NCBI GenBank assembly: GCA_038884575.1
Contig: JAWABQ010000001.1
Coordinates: forward strand, 33,730-97,729
From: Candidatus Woesearchaeota archaeon
GTDB taxonomy: Archaea; Nanobdellota; Nanobdellia; Woesearchaeales; ARS49
Reading direction: 5' to 3'
DNA: 64,000 nt
Notes under the pieces: generated by a model
Seen by the model: the letters and a program-made list of their open reading frames with translations, nothing else
The model's database searches: none
What the model was told of the DNA's origin: nothing
Shown: one piece after another, positions 15,789 to 23,295 of the stretch
How positions within the stretch are numbered: the first letter of the stretch is position 1
Layout of the letters: each line of letters starts with the position of its first letter
Program-made: the position numbers and the translations under genes

Positions 15789-17064
15789 AAGCCTCACCTG
15801 CCTGGACCAAAAGCTCGTCATTGCCGTGGTCTGCCATCAAGTGCAGGCCGACAGGCATTCCTTTTGCCTTTCCGCAGGGAATGCTCAGCTGCGGCAGGCC
15901 TGCAAGGTTTGCCGGAACAGTCAAAACATCCATTGAGTACTCTTCCAATGGCGAGAGCTTTTTTATTTCCTCAAAAGTCGGCGCAATAATCGGCATTGTC
16001 GGAGCCGCAATGATATCAACCTCATTGAATGCCTTCTTGAAGTCATCAATGAGAAGCTGCCTGACTTTCTGGGCTTGTATGTAATACTTGTCGCAATACC
16101 CCGCCATCCTCACGAAAGTTCCAAGCAGAATCCTTCGCTTTGCCTCATCGCCAAAATATTTTCCGCGGACTTTGCTAAAATATTCCCAGTACTCCCCGCC
16201 GCCTTCCAATGGCAGAGTTGAGCCATACCTTAATCCGCAGTATTTGGCAAGGTTTGTTGACGCCTCCGCAAGCGCAATGATGTAATACGCCGAGAGCGCA
16301 TAAGGAGTTGATGGAATGCTGACTTCCTTTATTGTCATCCCAAGCGATTCAATCTTTTTGACTGCCTCATCAAAACATTTTTTGACTTCATGGTCGATCT
16401 TTTGCTGGAGCCATTCTTTCGGGATTCCGATTGTGATTTTCTTTGAGAGCTTCGGAGGATCCTTGAAAGGCTTTCCCTGACAGGTCTCGTCTTTTCCGTC
16501 AGGTCCTGAAATTATTTCCAATGCCCTGCTCGCATCACGGACTGTCTTTGCAACAATGCCGATTTTGTCCAGTGAGTTTGCATAGTCAATCAGGCCGTAA
16601 CGCGAGACCCGCCCATAAGTCGGGGTCAGGCCAACGACCCCGCAAAATGCAGCAGGAGCTGATATTGAGCCGCCTGTCGACTGTGCAAGCGCAAACTTTG
16701 CATGCTTTGATGCGGCAATGTAGCCAGCGCTTCCGCCTGACGAGCCGCCGCAGGAGCGCTTTGGGTCATGCGGGTTTTTCGGCACGCGGAAAGTATTTGC
16801 TGAAAAAGTCCCAAAGCCGAACTCATCCATTGCCGTCTTTCCAAGCACGCTGTAACCTGCCTTTTTCAGGCGCTCAACCACTGTCGCGTCAAAGACAGGA
16901 ATGTACGGCTCAAGTATTTTTGAGCCTGCGCTCGTGGGAATGCCTTTTGTGCAGATGTTGTCCTTTATTGCAATCGGAATCCCTTCCTGCGGATGCTTTA
17001 GCGTGATGAAAAAGTTGTACTGCTCGTCAAGCTTTTTTGCCTCGTCAACGATGTCGCTGCTCAT
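15781..17064 (-). CDS. gatA: Asp/Glu-tRNA amidotransferase subunit A (amidase)
   Basis: 427 aa carrying the amidase signature ...GGSSGGSAGYIAA... and KDNICTKGIPTSAGSKIL. Confidence 0.95.
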   Translation of the reverse strand: MSSDIVDEAKKLDEQYNFFITLKHPQEGIPIAIKDNICTKGIPTSAGSKILEPYIPVFDATVVERLKKAGYSVLGKTAMDEFGFGTFSANTFRVPKNPHDPKRSCGGSSGGSAGYIAASKHAKFALAQSTGGSISAPAAFCGVVGLTPTYGRVSRYGLIDYANSLDKIGIVAKTVRDASRALEIISGPDGKDETCQGKPFKDPPKLSKKITIGIPKEWLQQKIDHEVKKCFDEAVKKIESLGMTIKEVSIPSTPYALSAYYIIALAEASTNLAKYCGLRYGSTLPLEGGGEYWEYFSKVRGKYFGDEAKRRILLGTFVRMAGYCDKYYIQAQKVRQLLIDDFKKAFNEVDIIAAPTMPIIAPTFEEIKKLSPLEEYSMDVLTVPANLAGLPQLSIPCGKAKGMPVGLHLMADHGNDELLVQAGEAYG

Positions 17065-17336
17065 TTGGTCGGCGGGCCCTTGACAAACCCTTCCTCCTTA
17101 AGCTCTGTGTTCCTCAATGCCTCATCGCGGCTCAGCCCTTCTGCAACAATATCCTTTCTTTCCATTGGCGCAAGAACAACAGGGTGCGTTGCAGGCTTGA
17201 TTCCCTTTGTCGGAGCCTTTGAAATTATGTCAAATGCCTTCAGAATGCTGTCTAATTCCTTTGCAAACCTCTCACGCTCCTCTTTTGTGAGGTCAAGTCT
17301 TGCTATTTTTGCAAGCTTGTCGATAGGCTCATCCAT
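17061..17336 (-). CDS. gatC: Asp/Glu-tRNA amidotransferase subunit C
   Basis: The start at ATG 17336 gives 91 aa (MDEPIDKLAKIARLDLTKEERERFAKELDSILKAFD...). The ORF-track N-terminal extension runs through the tRNA gene and is rejected. It overlaps gatA by 4 nt. Confidence 0.9.
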   Translation of the reverse strand: MDEPIDKLAKIARLDLTKEERERFAKELDSILKAFDIISKAPTKGIKPATHPVVLAPMERKDIVAEGLSRDEALRNTELKEEGFVKGPPTK

Positions 17337-17338
17337 AA

Positions 17339-17428
17339 CGCCCGAGGCAGGACTCGAACCTGCGACTTCCTGGTTTCTTCCCAACAGAGGATAACAGCCA
17401 GGCGCTCTACCTGCTGAGCTACTCGGGC
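17339..17428 (-). tRNA. tRNA-Asn (anticodon GUU) with a 17-nt intron after position 37
   Basis: Reverse-complement fold: GCCCGAG TA GCTC AGCAGGTA GAGC G CCTGG CTGTTA[tcctctgttgggaagaa]A CCAGG AAGTC GCAGG TTCGAGT CCTGC CTCGGGC G. All stems are canonical. The 3' end is 2 nt from the gatC ATG. Confidence 0.85.
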
Positions 17429-17455
17429 AGGATAAGAAAACAATGTTTGGAGAGT

Positions 17456-17464
17456 CTATAAAAA
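17456..17464 (-). promoter_or_regulatory. TATA box of the tRNA-Asn/gatCAB transcription unit
   Basis: The minus strand reads cctTTTTATAGactc. The TATA ends 28 nt upstream of the tRNA 5' end (17428), which puts the expected TSS within a few nt of the mature 5' end. Confidence 0.5.
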
Positions 17465-17503
17465 GGTTGCGCCAGCGACTCCGCCGGCTTTGCCGGCGAC
17501 AGG

Positions 17504-17968
17504 TCATGCCTGCGCCACGTCAACAACAACAGGCCTGACTGATTTCTTGTAGTCTGCGAGGCTCATTGAGAAGCTCGTGTCATGCCTGCCTGCATTAAAA
17601 TTTATAATCGGGCTGCGCTCAAGCGATTTGTCCATATAGACAGGAATGTTCACAAGGTTGCCGAAAGGCGGAACGCTTCCAATTTCGCAGCCCATCACCT
17701 TCAGGACTTCCTCAGGGCTTGCAAGCGAGAGGCTGCTGCTGTTAATCACGCTTTTTACTTTCTTGAAATCAATCTTCTTGTCTCCTGCAATGACAACCAT
17801 CAAAAAATTTCCCTCGCTGCGGAAAACCATTGCCTTTGCCCCTGACTCCAAAGGCTCATTCCTTACTTTTGCAGCCTGCTCTGAAGTGTAAACAGGCTCG
17901 TGAACAGCGGACTTGTACTGTATTTTTCTGTCGTCAAGAAACTTTTTCAGCTCATCTATCAGGCTCAT
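17504..17968 (-). CDS. YbaK/ProX-family aminoacyl-tRNA trans-editing (deacylase) domain protein
   Basis: 154 aa with ...GAKAMVFRS....MVVIAGDKKIDFKKV....GCEIGSVPPFG... and a typical YbaK/EbsC layout. It overlaps aspS by 4 nt (ATGA). Confidence 0.75.
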   Translation of the reverse strand: MSLIDELKKFLDDRKIQYKSAVHEPVYTSEQAAKVRNEPLESGAKAMVFRSEGNFLMVVIAGDKKIDFKKVKSVINSSSLSLASPEEVLKVMGCEIGSVPPFGNLVNIPVYMDKSLERSPIINFNAGRHDTSFSMSLADYKKSVRPVVVDVAQA

Positions 17969-19275
17969 GGCTCCAATCTCTCAGGGTCCCTTGGGAAAAG
18001 CACTGCCTCCCTGACATTCTCAAGCTGGCATATTGTCTGCACCATCCTGTCCATGCCAATGCCAAATCCGCCGTGGGGCGGGATGCCGTACTTGAACGCG
18101 TCAAGGTAGAACTCAAAATTGTCAGGATTCATCTTTTTGTCACTAATCTGCTGCCTCAAGACCTCATAGCGGTGCTCGCGCTGGCCTCCAGAGGCAAGCT
18201 CAAGCCCGCGGTACATAAAGTCAAATCCCCTGCAGTACTCGCCGTCATTCATTATGTAGAACGCCCTGACTTTTGTCGGAAACTTTGTCAGGAAGTAAGC
18301 GCTCGCGCCAAACTTCTTTTGAACAAGCTTTCCGAGCTTCTTTTCATCCTCCGACCCCAGGTCCTCGCCAAGCCTCATCTTTGAGCCGGATGCATTGAGC
18401 ATCTCAACACCCTCCTTGTAAGTGACCCTTGGAAACGGAAATTTTGGAATGTCAAGCTTGAGCCCAAGCAATGCAAGTTCGTCCTTGCAGTTTTTCTCAA
18501 TGTCCTTCATCACGTGGACAAACATGCGCTCAATGACCTTCAGAACATCATCCTCGTCATCAATGTAAGCCATTTCAAGGTCAAAATGGGTGAATTCTGT
18601 CAAATGCCTTGTCGTGTGGGATTTCTCGGCGCGGAACGTTGGACCAATCTCAAAGACCTTTTCAAATCCTGCAGCAAGCATCATTTGCTTGTACAATTGC
18701 TGGCTCTGGCTCAGGAATGCCTTTTTGTTGTAATAAACCACAGGGAACAATGTTGCACCCCCTTCCGCCCCTGCAGAGATAAGCTTGGGAGTCTGCATTT
18801 CAATAAACCCTTCGCCAATAAGGAATTCCCTTACTGCCATGTTTATACGGCTGCGTATTTTGAAAATCGCAAGGACTTTCGGGTTTCTCAGGTCAAGAAT
18901 ACGGAAGTCAAGGCGCTTGTCAAGGTTGGTTGGAATCTTGCCTGTGAAATCAATCGGCAGGTTTGGCTGCGCAGCAGTTATAACATCAAGCTCTTCCAAT
19001 TGCAGCTCTTTTGCGCCGCTCTTGAGCTTGCTTGCCTTGACTTTTCCCTTGACGGCAATCACGCTTTCCTTTGTTATTCCCTTTATGTCATTGAAATGGT
19101 GGCTCTCAGGGGTTGCGACTATCTGCACTGTTCCTGAGCGGTCTCGCAAAGTGATGAATGCAATCTTGCCCATTTCCTTTGCATCAGCAGCAAAGCCAGC
19201 AACAATGACTTCATCTCCTTCCTTCTTTTTCTGCACTTCTGCTGTGAAAATCCTCTTTGAAAGCTTTAATGCCAT
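17965..19275 (-). CDS. aspS: aspartyl-tRNA synthetase, archaeal type
   Basis: 436 aa with an N-terminal OB fold and class II motifs (FRAE..., GGQREHRYEVL, GIGMDRM). Confidence 0.95.
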   Translation of the reverse strand: MALKLSKRIFTAEVQKKKEGDEVIVAGFAADAKEMGKIAFITLRDRSGTVQIVATPESHHFNDIKGITKESVIAVKGKVKASKLKSGAKELQLEELDVITAAQPNLPIDFTGKIPTNLDKRLDFRILDLRNPKVLAIFKIRSRINMAVREFLIGEGFIEMQTPKLISAGAEGGATLFPVVYYNKKAFLSQSQQLYKQMMLAAGFEKVFEIGPTFRAEKSHTTRHLTEFTHFDLEMAYIDDEDDVLKVIERMFVHVMKDIEKNCKDELALLGLKLDIPKFPFPRVTYKEGVEMLNASGSKMRLGEDLGSEDEKKLGKLVQKKFGASAYFLTKFPTKVRAFYIMNDGEYCRGFDFMYRGLELASGGQREHRYEVLRQQISDKKMNPDNFEFYLDAFKYGIPPHGGFGIGMDRMVQTICQLENVREAVLFPRDPERLEP

Positions 19276-19316
19276 AAGAAGAAGGCGAACAGATGTTGTT
19301 ATTTAAAGGTTTTGAA

Positions 19317-19898
19317 CTATTTTTTCTTCATCTTTAATTGCAGCGCGAGGTCCTCAAGCTTTTCAAGCCCGTACTTTATGCTGTCAAACTTCCTCCTAAC
19401 AGGGGAATTCCGGAAGTCAAATAGACCAAGCTCCTGGTGCAGTTGGCTTACAAAGTCGCGGATTTCAAGCGCTGTCCTGTTGTCGCCCCTTATTGCGCTG
19501 TTGATCGCCTTTCTGACAAGCTCGCCAACAAGGTCGCACAGCCCGATAAGATAAGTGTCTATGCCCACCCTGAGCTGTTTTGGATGGGGAAGGGCTTTTT
19601 TTGCCATCAGGGACAGATAGCACGCAGCCTCAACATATTCCTCCAATGCCTCAAGGTATGCGCCTGTTGTTGCAAGGTGCAAGTCCTTTTTGATGAGCTT
19701 CTCCAGCCTTGCTATTGTTTTTTGTGCCTCAGCCAGCTGTTTTTTGGCTTTTTTTGCCTCATTCCTGTGCAGGGAATAAATTGTTTTCTTGCTCAGGGCG
19801 AGGATGTCGCGCGAAAGCCTTATGATTTGCTCGCGCATTGCATCATAGGCTGCCATATGCTTCCGCATTAATGCAAATGCTTTCTTGTCAACCTTCAT
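19317..19898 (-). CDS. translin-family nucleic-acid-binding protein
   Basis: 193 aa with ...YLEALEEYVEA....YLIGLCDLVGELVRKAI.. in a translin-like helical pattern. TATA (cctatataaaac on the minus strand) lies 19-26 nt upstream, suggesting a leaderless start. Confidence 0.7.
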   Translation of the reverse strand: MKVDKKAFALMRKHMAAYDAMREQIIRLSRDILALSKKTIYSLHRNEAKKAKKQLAEAQKTIARLEKLIKKDLHLATTGAYLEALEEYVEAACYLSLMAKKALPHPKQLRVGIDTYLIGLCDLVGELVRKAINSAIRGDNRTALEIRDFVSQLHQELGLFDFRNSPVRRKFDSIKYGLEKLEDLALQLKMKKK

Positions 19899-19912
19899 TT
19901 TGCACCGACGAA

Positions 19913-19925
19913 AGTTTTATATAGG
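19913..19925. promoter_or_regulatory. shared divergent BRE/TATA region (cgacgaaagttttatatagg)
   Basis: A TATA element sits between the divergent genes 19898(-) and 19964(+). The same gaaaagtttata(t/a)a motif recurs upstream of several other genes (6181-6195, 9161-9176, 9731-9747, 11931-11949). Confidence 0.5.
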
Positions 19926-19963
19926 AACGTATTTAAAGTTATCGCAGAAAAAGAAGTGAAAGT

Positions 19964-20554
19964 ATGGCAGCACCAACCGTGTTAGGAAATGTTCTTTTGT
20001 TCTTCCAGCGTATTGGCATTTATGACGTGGTGCTGCCTTTCCTCCTGACATTCACAATCGCTTTTGCCATATTCGAAAAGAGCAGGATACTGGGGGTAGA
20101 AAAGATTGACGACAAGGAATACACCAAGAAGAACCTTAATGCAATGGCTGCATTTGTCATCGCATTCATGGTAGTGGCATCAAGCAAGCTTGTCGCCACA
20201 ATAACAAGGGTCAGCTCCAACATCATCATCCTTGTCCTGCTGGGCGTATTTTACCTGCTGCTTGTCGGCACATTCTGGGTGCCGAAAGACAAGGAAAAAG
20301 AGCCCTGGACAGGCCTCACAGAAGGGTGGAACAAGCTGTTCATGGTAATAATGTTCATCGGCATAGTCATAGTATTTTTGGACGCGATCAGGGACGAGTC
20401 AGGAAGAAGCTGGCTTGACGCATTCTGGGAGTACGTGAGCCAGTTCTGGACATCTGCTGCTGTAGCATCGATAATTTTAATAATATTCCTTATTGTCTTC
20501 GTGTACTGGATGGCAAAAGGCGGAGAAAAAGAAGAGGAAAAGAAATCCAAATAA
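19964..20554 (+). CDS. polytopic membrane protein, member 1 of a tandem three-paralog set
   Basis: 196 aa. A conserved N-terminal block, GIYDVVLPFLLTFTIAFAIFEKSRILG, is shared with the next two genes. It has about 4 TM segments and a lysine/glutamate tail. Confidence 0.65.
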   Translation: MAAPTVLGNVLLFFQRIGIYDVVLPFLLTFTIAFAIFEKSRILGVEKIDDKEYTKKNLNAMAAFVIAFMVVASSKLVATITRVSSNIIILVLLGVFYLLLVGTFWVPKDKEKEPWTGLTEGWNKLFMVIMFIGIVIVFLDAIRDESGRSWLDAFWEYVSQFWTSAAVASIILIIFLIVFVYWMAKGGEKEEEKKSK

Positions 20555-20566
20555 ACGAGGTGTCAA

Positions 20567-21220
20567 ATGGTGCTATTCCAATTTTTTGGCGGATACCGCG
20601 GATGGAGCGGCTGGGGAGGAGGGGGCTATTTCAGCAATTTTGTGTACTGGCTTGACTACTGGGGAGTCCGCGACATAATACTGCCATTCGTGCTGCTGTT
20701 TACGATTTTCTTTGCAATGCTGCAAAAGATAGGATTGTTTGGCGCAGGAAACAAAAAATACAACCTTGTGATTTCACTTGCAATATCCCTGCTCGTGGTC
20801 ATTCCGCATGCATTAGGGCTGTATCCTCCAGAGGCTGATGTAATCAACATAATCAATGACTCAATCCCTGAGGTCGCGCTTCTTGTGGTTGTTGTCGTGC
20901 TTGTGCTTATGCTTCTGGGAATGGTTGCAGGCAAGGAAGTCAAGTTTGCAGGGGTATTGCCCTGGGTGGCAGGGGTTTCAGTCATAATCCTCCTGCTCAT
21001 CTTTGCAAACGCAATATTCCCGCTGCCTGTGCTTTCGTACATCGACCCTGCAATACAGGCATTGCTTGTCATATTGCTCGTGTTTGGGCTGCTGATTTAC
21101 TGGTTTGCAGGAGAGCCAAGCCCGCCAGGAAAGGCGCATGCATTCTGGCTCGGCCCGGTACCTGAAAGCGAATATAAGGAATGGATGACCGGCAAGAAGG
21201 AAGGCGGCGGGGGCGGCTAA
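20567..21220 (+). CDS. polytopic membrane protein, member 2 of the tandem three-paralog set
   Basis: 217 aa with the block GVRDIILPFVLLFTIFFAMLQKIGLFG. Both the N- and C-termini are Gly-rich. Confidence 0.65.
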   Translation: MVLFQFFGGYRGWSGWGGGGYFSNFVYWLDYWGVRDIILPFVLLFTIFFAMLQKIGLFGAGNKKYNLVISLAISLLVVIPHALGLYPPEADVINIINDSIPEVALLVVVVVLVLMLLGMVAGKEVKFAGVLPWVAGVSVIILLLIFANAIFPLPVLSYIDPAIQALLVILLVFGLLIYWFAGEPSPPGKAHAFWLGPVPESEYKEWMTGKKEGGGGG

Positions 21221-21778
21221 ATGGCCACGCCGCTTGACATCGGGCTGTTGCAGAAGTTCGATGTAATATTCCCATTCCTGTTCGTGCTCGTGATAGTGTA
21301 TGCTGTGCTTTCAAGGACAGAATGGTTCAAGGAAAAGCAGGCTCTTGCATTCCTGCTGGCCTTTGTGCTTGCAATAATGACCTTGTTCAGCAATATTGCA
21401 GTCAAGACAATAAACAGGATGGCCCCGTGGTTCATAATACTCATAATTTTTGCAGTTCTGCTCTTGCTTGCGTACCAGGCAATGGGAATCCAGGAAAAGA
21501 AAATACTTGAAGTCATAACAGGGACAAACTACGGCAACACAGTGGCATACTGGGTGCTTGCGCTGATGCTCATAATAGGGATTGGCTCGCTGACATCAGT
21601 TGTGTCAGAGGAAAAGCAGTTCACAACCCTTGCAGCAGGCGAGAATGTGACAGCAGTAACTGGCACTGGCGAGCAGATAGGGTTCTGGGCGACAATATTC
21701 CACCCCAAGGTGCTTGGCTTGGCATTGATACTGCTCATAGCAATGTTTACCATAAACAAGCTCGCATCACATGATTAG
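21221..21778 (+). CDS. polytopic membrane protein, member 3 of the tandem three-paralog set
   Basis: 185 aa with the block KFDVIFPFLFVLVIVYAVLSRTEWF. It starts immediately after the previous stop. Confidence 0.65.
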   Translation: MATPLDIGLLQKFDVIFPFLFVLVIVYAVLSRTEWFKEKQALAFLLAFVLAIMTLFSNIAVKTINRMAPWFIILIIFAVLLLLAYQAMGIQEKKILEVITGTNYGNTVAYWVLALMLIIGIGSLTSVVSEEKQFTTLAAGENVTAVTGTGEQIGFWATIFHPKVLGLALILLIAMFTINKLASHD

Positions 21779-21794
21779 CTCAAGAATTCCAAGA

Positions 21795-22469
21795 TTATTT
21801 CTTTTTGGCAGGCGCAGCAGGCTTTGCCTTTGCTGTCTTTGTAATCCTTGAAAGCTCAGCCACAGAGCCTGTAAGCTCAGGAAGGACTTTCTGGAAGACC
21901 TTTTCCATTGCCTTTATTTCAGTGCCGACATCAAGCAGGTTTTTGTCATACTCTGAAATCTTGCTGACTATTGCCTTGTGGAGGTTGTCAAGGTCTGACT
22001 TCATGTCAGAAAGCAACTGGTCAATCTTGTCAAGCCTTGAGGAGGTTGCATCCTTCCACTCATTCATCTTGCCAAGCTCGCGCGTGAACTCCTGCCATTT
22101 CTCCTCAACAACAGCCTCTGCTATTTCCTCAAATCCCTTGGGAGCCTCTGGCCGCGGGCCGGGCATCCCGCCTGCTGCCGGGAATTCCCCTGGCGCTGCG
22201 CTCGGAGCCTCAGGCATCGGCTCTGCACCGCCCTTGAGCTCTGCCTGCGCCATGGCATCATAAATCTGCTGGGGCTGGTATCCCTGCCTCTGCAGTGTCT
22301 GGATTATCTGGTTGTTTGTAAGCCCCTGCTGCTGCATTGAAAGAACCTGGTCTGTCGGAACCTCAGGCGGCATTGGTCCTGCAACAGGCATGCCCATAGG
22401 CACAGGATAACCTACAGCCGGAGCTGCTTCTGCAGCAGGCTTCTTCCTGAAAATGTCCAAAAGCCCCAT
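21795..22469 (-). CDS. coiled-coil protein with an N-terminal amphipathic peptide, Pro-rich linkers and a small helical G(L)xxxxIIxxLxxxGY module
   Basis: 224 aa: MGLLDIFRKK..., then ...QQGLTNNQIIQTLQRQGYQPQQIYDAMAQAE..., then a roughly 100-aa coiled coil and a Lys/Ala/Pro tail. Confidence 0.6.
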   Translation of the reverse strand: MGLLDIFRKKPAAEAAPAVGYPVPMGMPVAGPMPPEVPTDQVLSMQQQGLTNNQIIQTLQRQGYQPQQIYDAMAQAELKGGAEPMPEAPSAAPGEFPAAGGMPGPRPEAPKGFEEIAEAVVEEKWQEFTRELGKMNEWKDATSSRLDKIDQLLSDMKSDLDNLHKAIVSKISEYDKNLLDVGTEIKAMEKVFQKVLPELTGSVAELSRITKTAKAKPAAPAKKK

Positions 22470-22502
22470 TTTTTACCTCTTTTCACCTGTTTGCTCGCCG
22501 GA

Positions 22503-23018
22503 TTACTTATTAAATGTTTTGGTCTCCTGGCTTTTTCCCAGCTTTTCCTCAACAATTTCGCGCGCAATCTTCTCTGCAAAATCCGCAGTCACAAACTTGA
22601 CAGGGTCCCAGAGCTCGATGTAGCGCTTCATCACATCCATGTCGCTTTTCCTGGCAGTGAGCCGCAATTCCTTGATTATCGTGACAACCCTTTCCCCAAC
22701 CTCGTCAAGCCTGTGCCTGAGCTCGTCTATCTCCTCATTGGATGACTTTATCTCCGAAAGCGCCTTCTTGTGGTTGCTGAGCATATTCTGCTCTATGAAA
22801 AAAAGCTTTTTGCGGAGCTCATTGAATCGCTCCTCAGAAACCCGCATCCTTGCGGCAAGTGCGTTAATCTGCTCTGAAAGCCCTGTTATCTCGGGCGCAG
22901 GCGCTGGGGCTGGCTTTGGCGTGCCGAAGAGCCCTTTTTTCGGGGGCGGCGCAGGCATCGCGCCAAAAACAGCCTGTTCTGAGTATGATGCAGCTTCGCC
23001 TGCCATATGTGTGCGCAA
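22503..23018 (-). CDS. coiled-coil hypothetical protein
   Basis: 171 aa with a Pro/Ala-rich N-terminus followed by heptad-like ...INALAARMRVSEERFNELRKKLFFIEQNMLSNHKKALSEIKSSNEEIDELRHRLDEV.... The start may instead be the second M (23006). Confidence 0.55.
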   Translation of the reverse strand: MRTHMAGEAASYSEQAVFGAMPAPPPKKGLFGTPKPAPAPAPEITGLSEQINALAARMRVSEERFNELRKKLFFIEQNMLSNHKKALSEIKSSNEEIDELRHRLDEVGERVVTIIKELRLTARKSDMDVMKRYIELWDPVKFVTADFAEKIAREIVEEKLGKSQETKTFNK

Positions 23019-23083
23019 ATGCGAGGATATACTTTAACTTTGTGGTGCTCTTGCGGAGTGGTTAATTATATTATAAAATATAT

Positions 23084-23111
23084 GTTTTCTTATTTAGTAT
23101 GTTAAGAAAAC
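23084..23111. promoter_or_regulatory. 9-bp perfect inverted repeat (gttttctta-N10-taagaaaac), candidate operator upstream of the RHH/ATPase operon
   Basis: The arms are at 23084-23092 and 23103-23111. They lie immediately upstream of the AT-rich TATA region (23115-23136) that precedes the RHH gene. Confidence 0.45.
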
Positions 23112-23151
23112 ACAAAATATATAAAATAATATATTTGCCTGCGTGTCCAGA

Positions 23152-23295
23152 GTGAAAAAACCGATATCTGCCACAATAGAGGAAGACCTGATAGCATGGA
23201 TAGACAAAAAGGTCACCAAGGAGAGCAAGAAGTACAGGAACAAGTCGCACCTGATAGAGGTCGCGCTTGAGCGGCTGCGCGAGGAGGAGGACTGA
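23152..23295 (+). CDS. ribbon-helix-helix (CopG/Arc/MetJ-like) small DNA-binding protein
   Basis: Not in the ORF track because it is under 60 aa. My translation from GTG 23152 (or in-frame GTG 23143) is (M)KKPISATIEEDLIAWIDKKVTKESKKYRNKSHLIEVALERLREEED*, which has a beta-strand/helix/helix RHH pattern. Its stop overlaps the ATPase start (TGATG). Confidence 0.65.
   Translation: MKKPISATIEEDLIAWIDKKVTKESKKYRNKSHLIEVALERLREEED

Noticed and set aside
17337-17507. The N-terminal 57-aa extension of the gatC ORF in the track.
   Set aside because: The extension reads straight through a well-folding tRNA-Asn gene. The internal ATG at 17336 gives a normal-length GatC with the conserved N-terminus.
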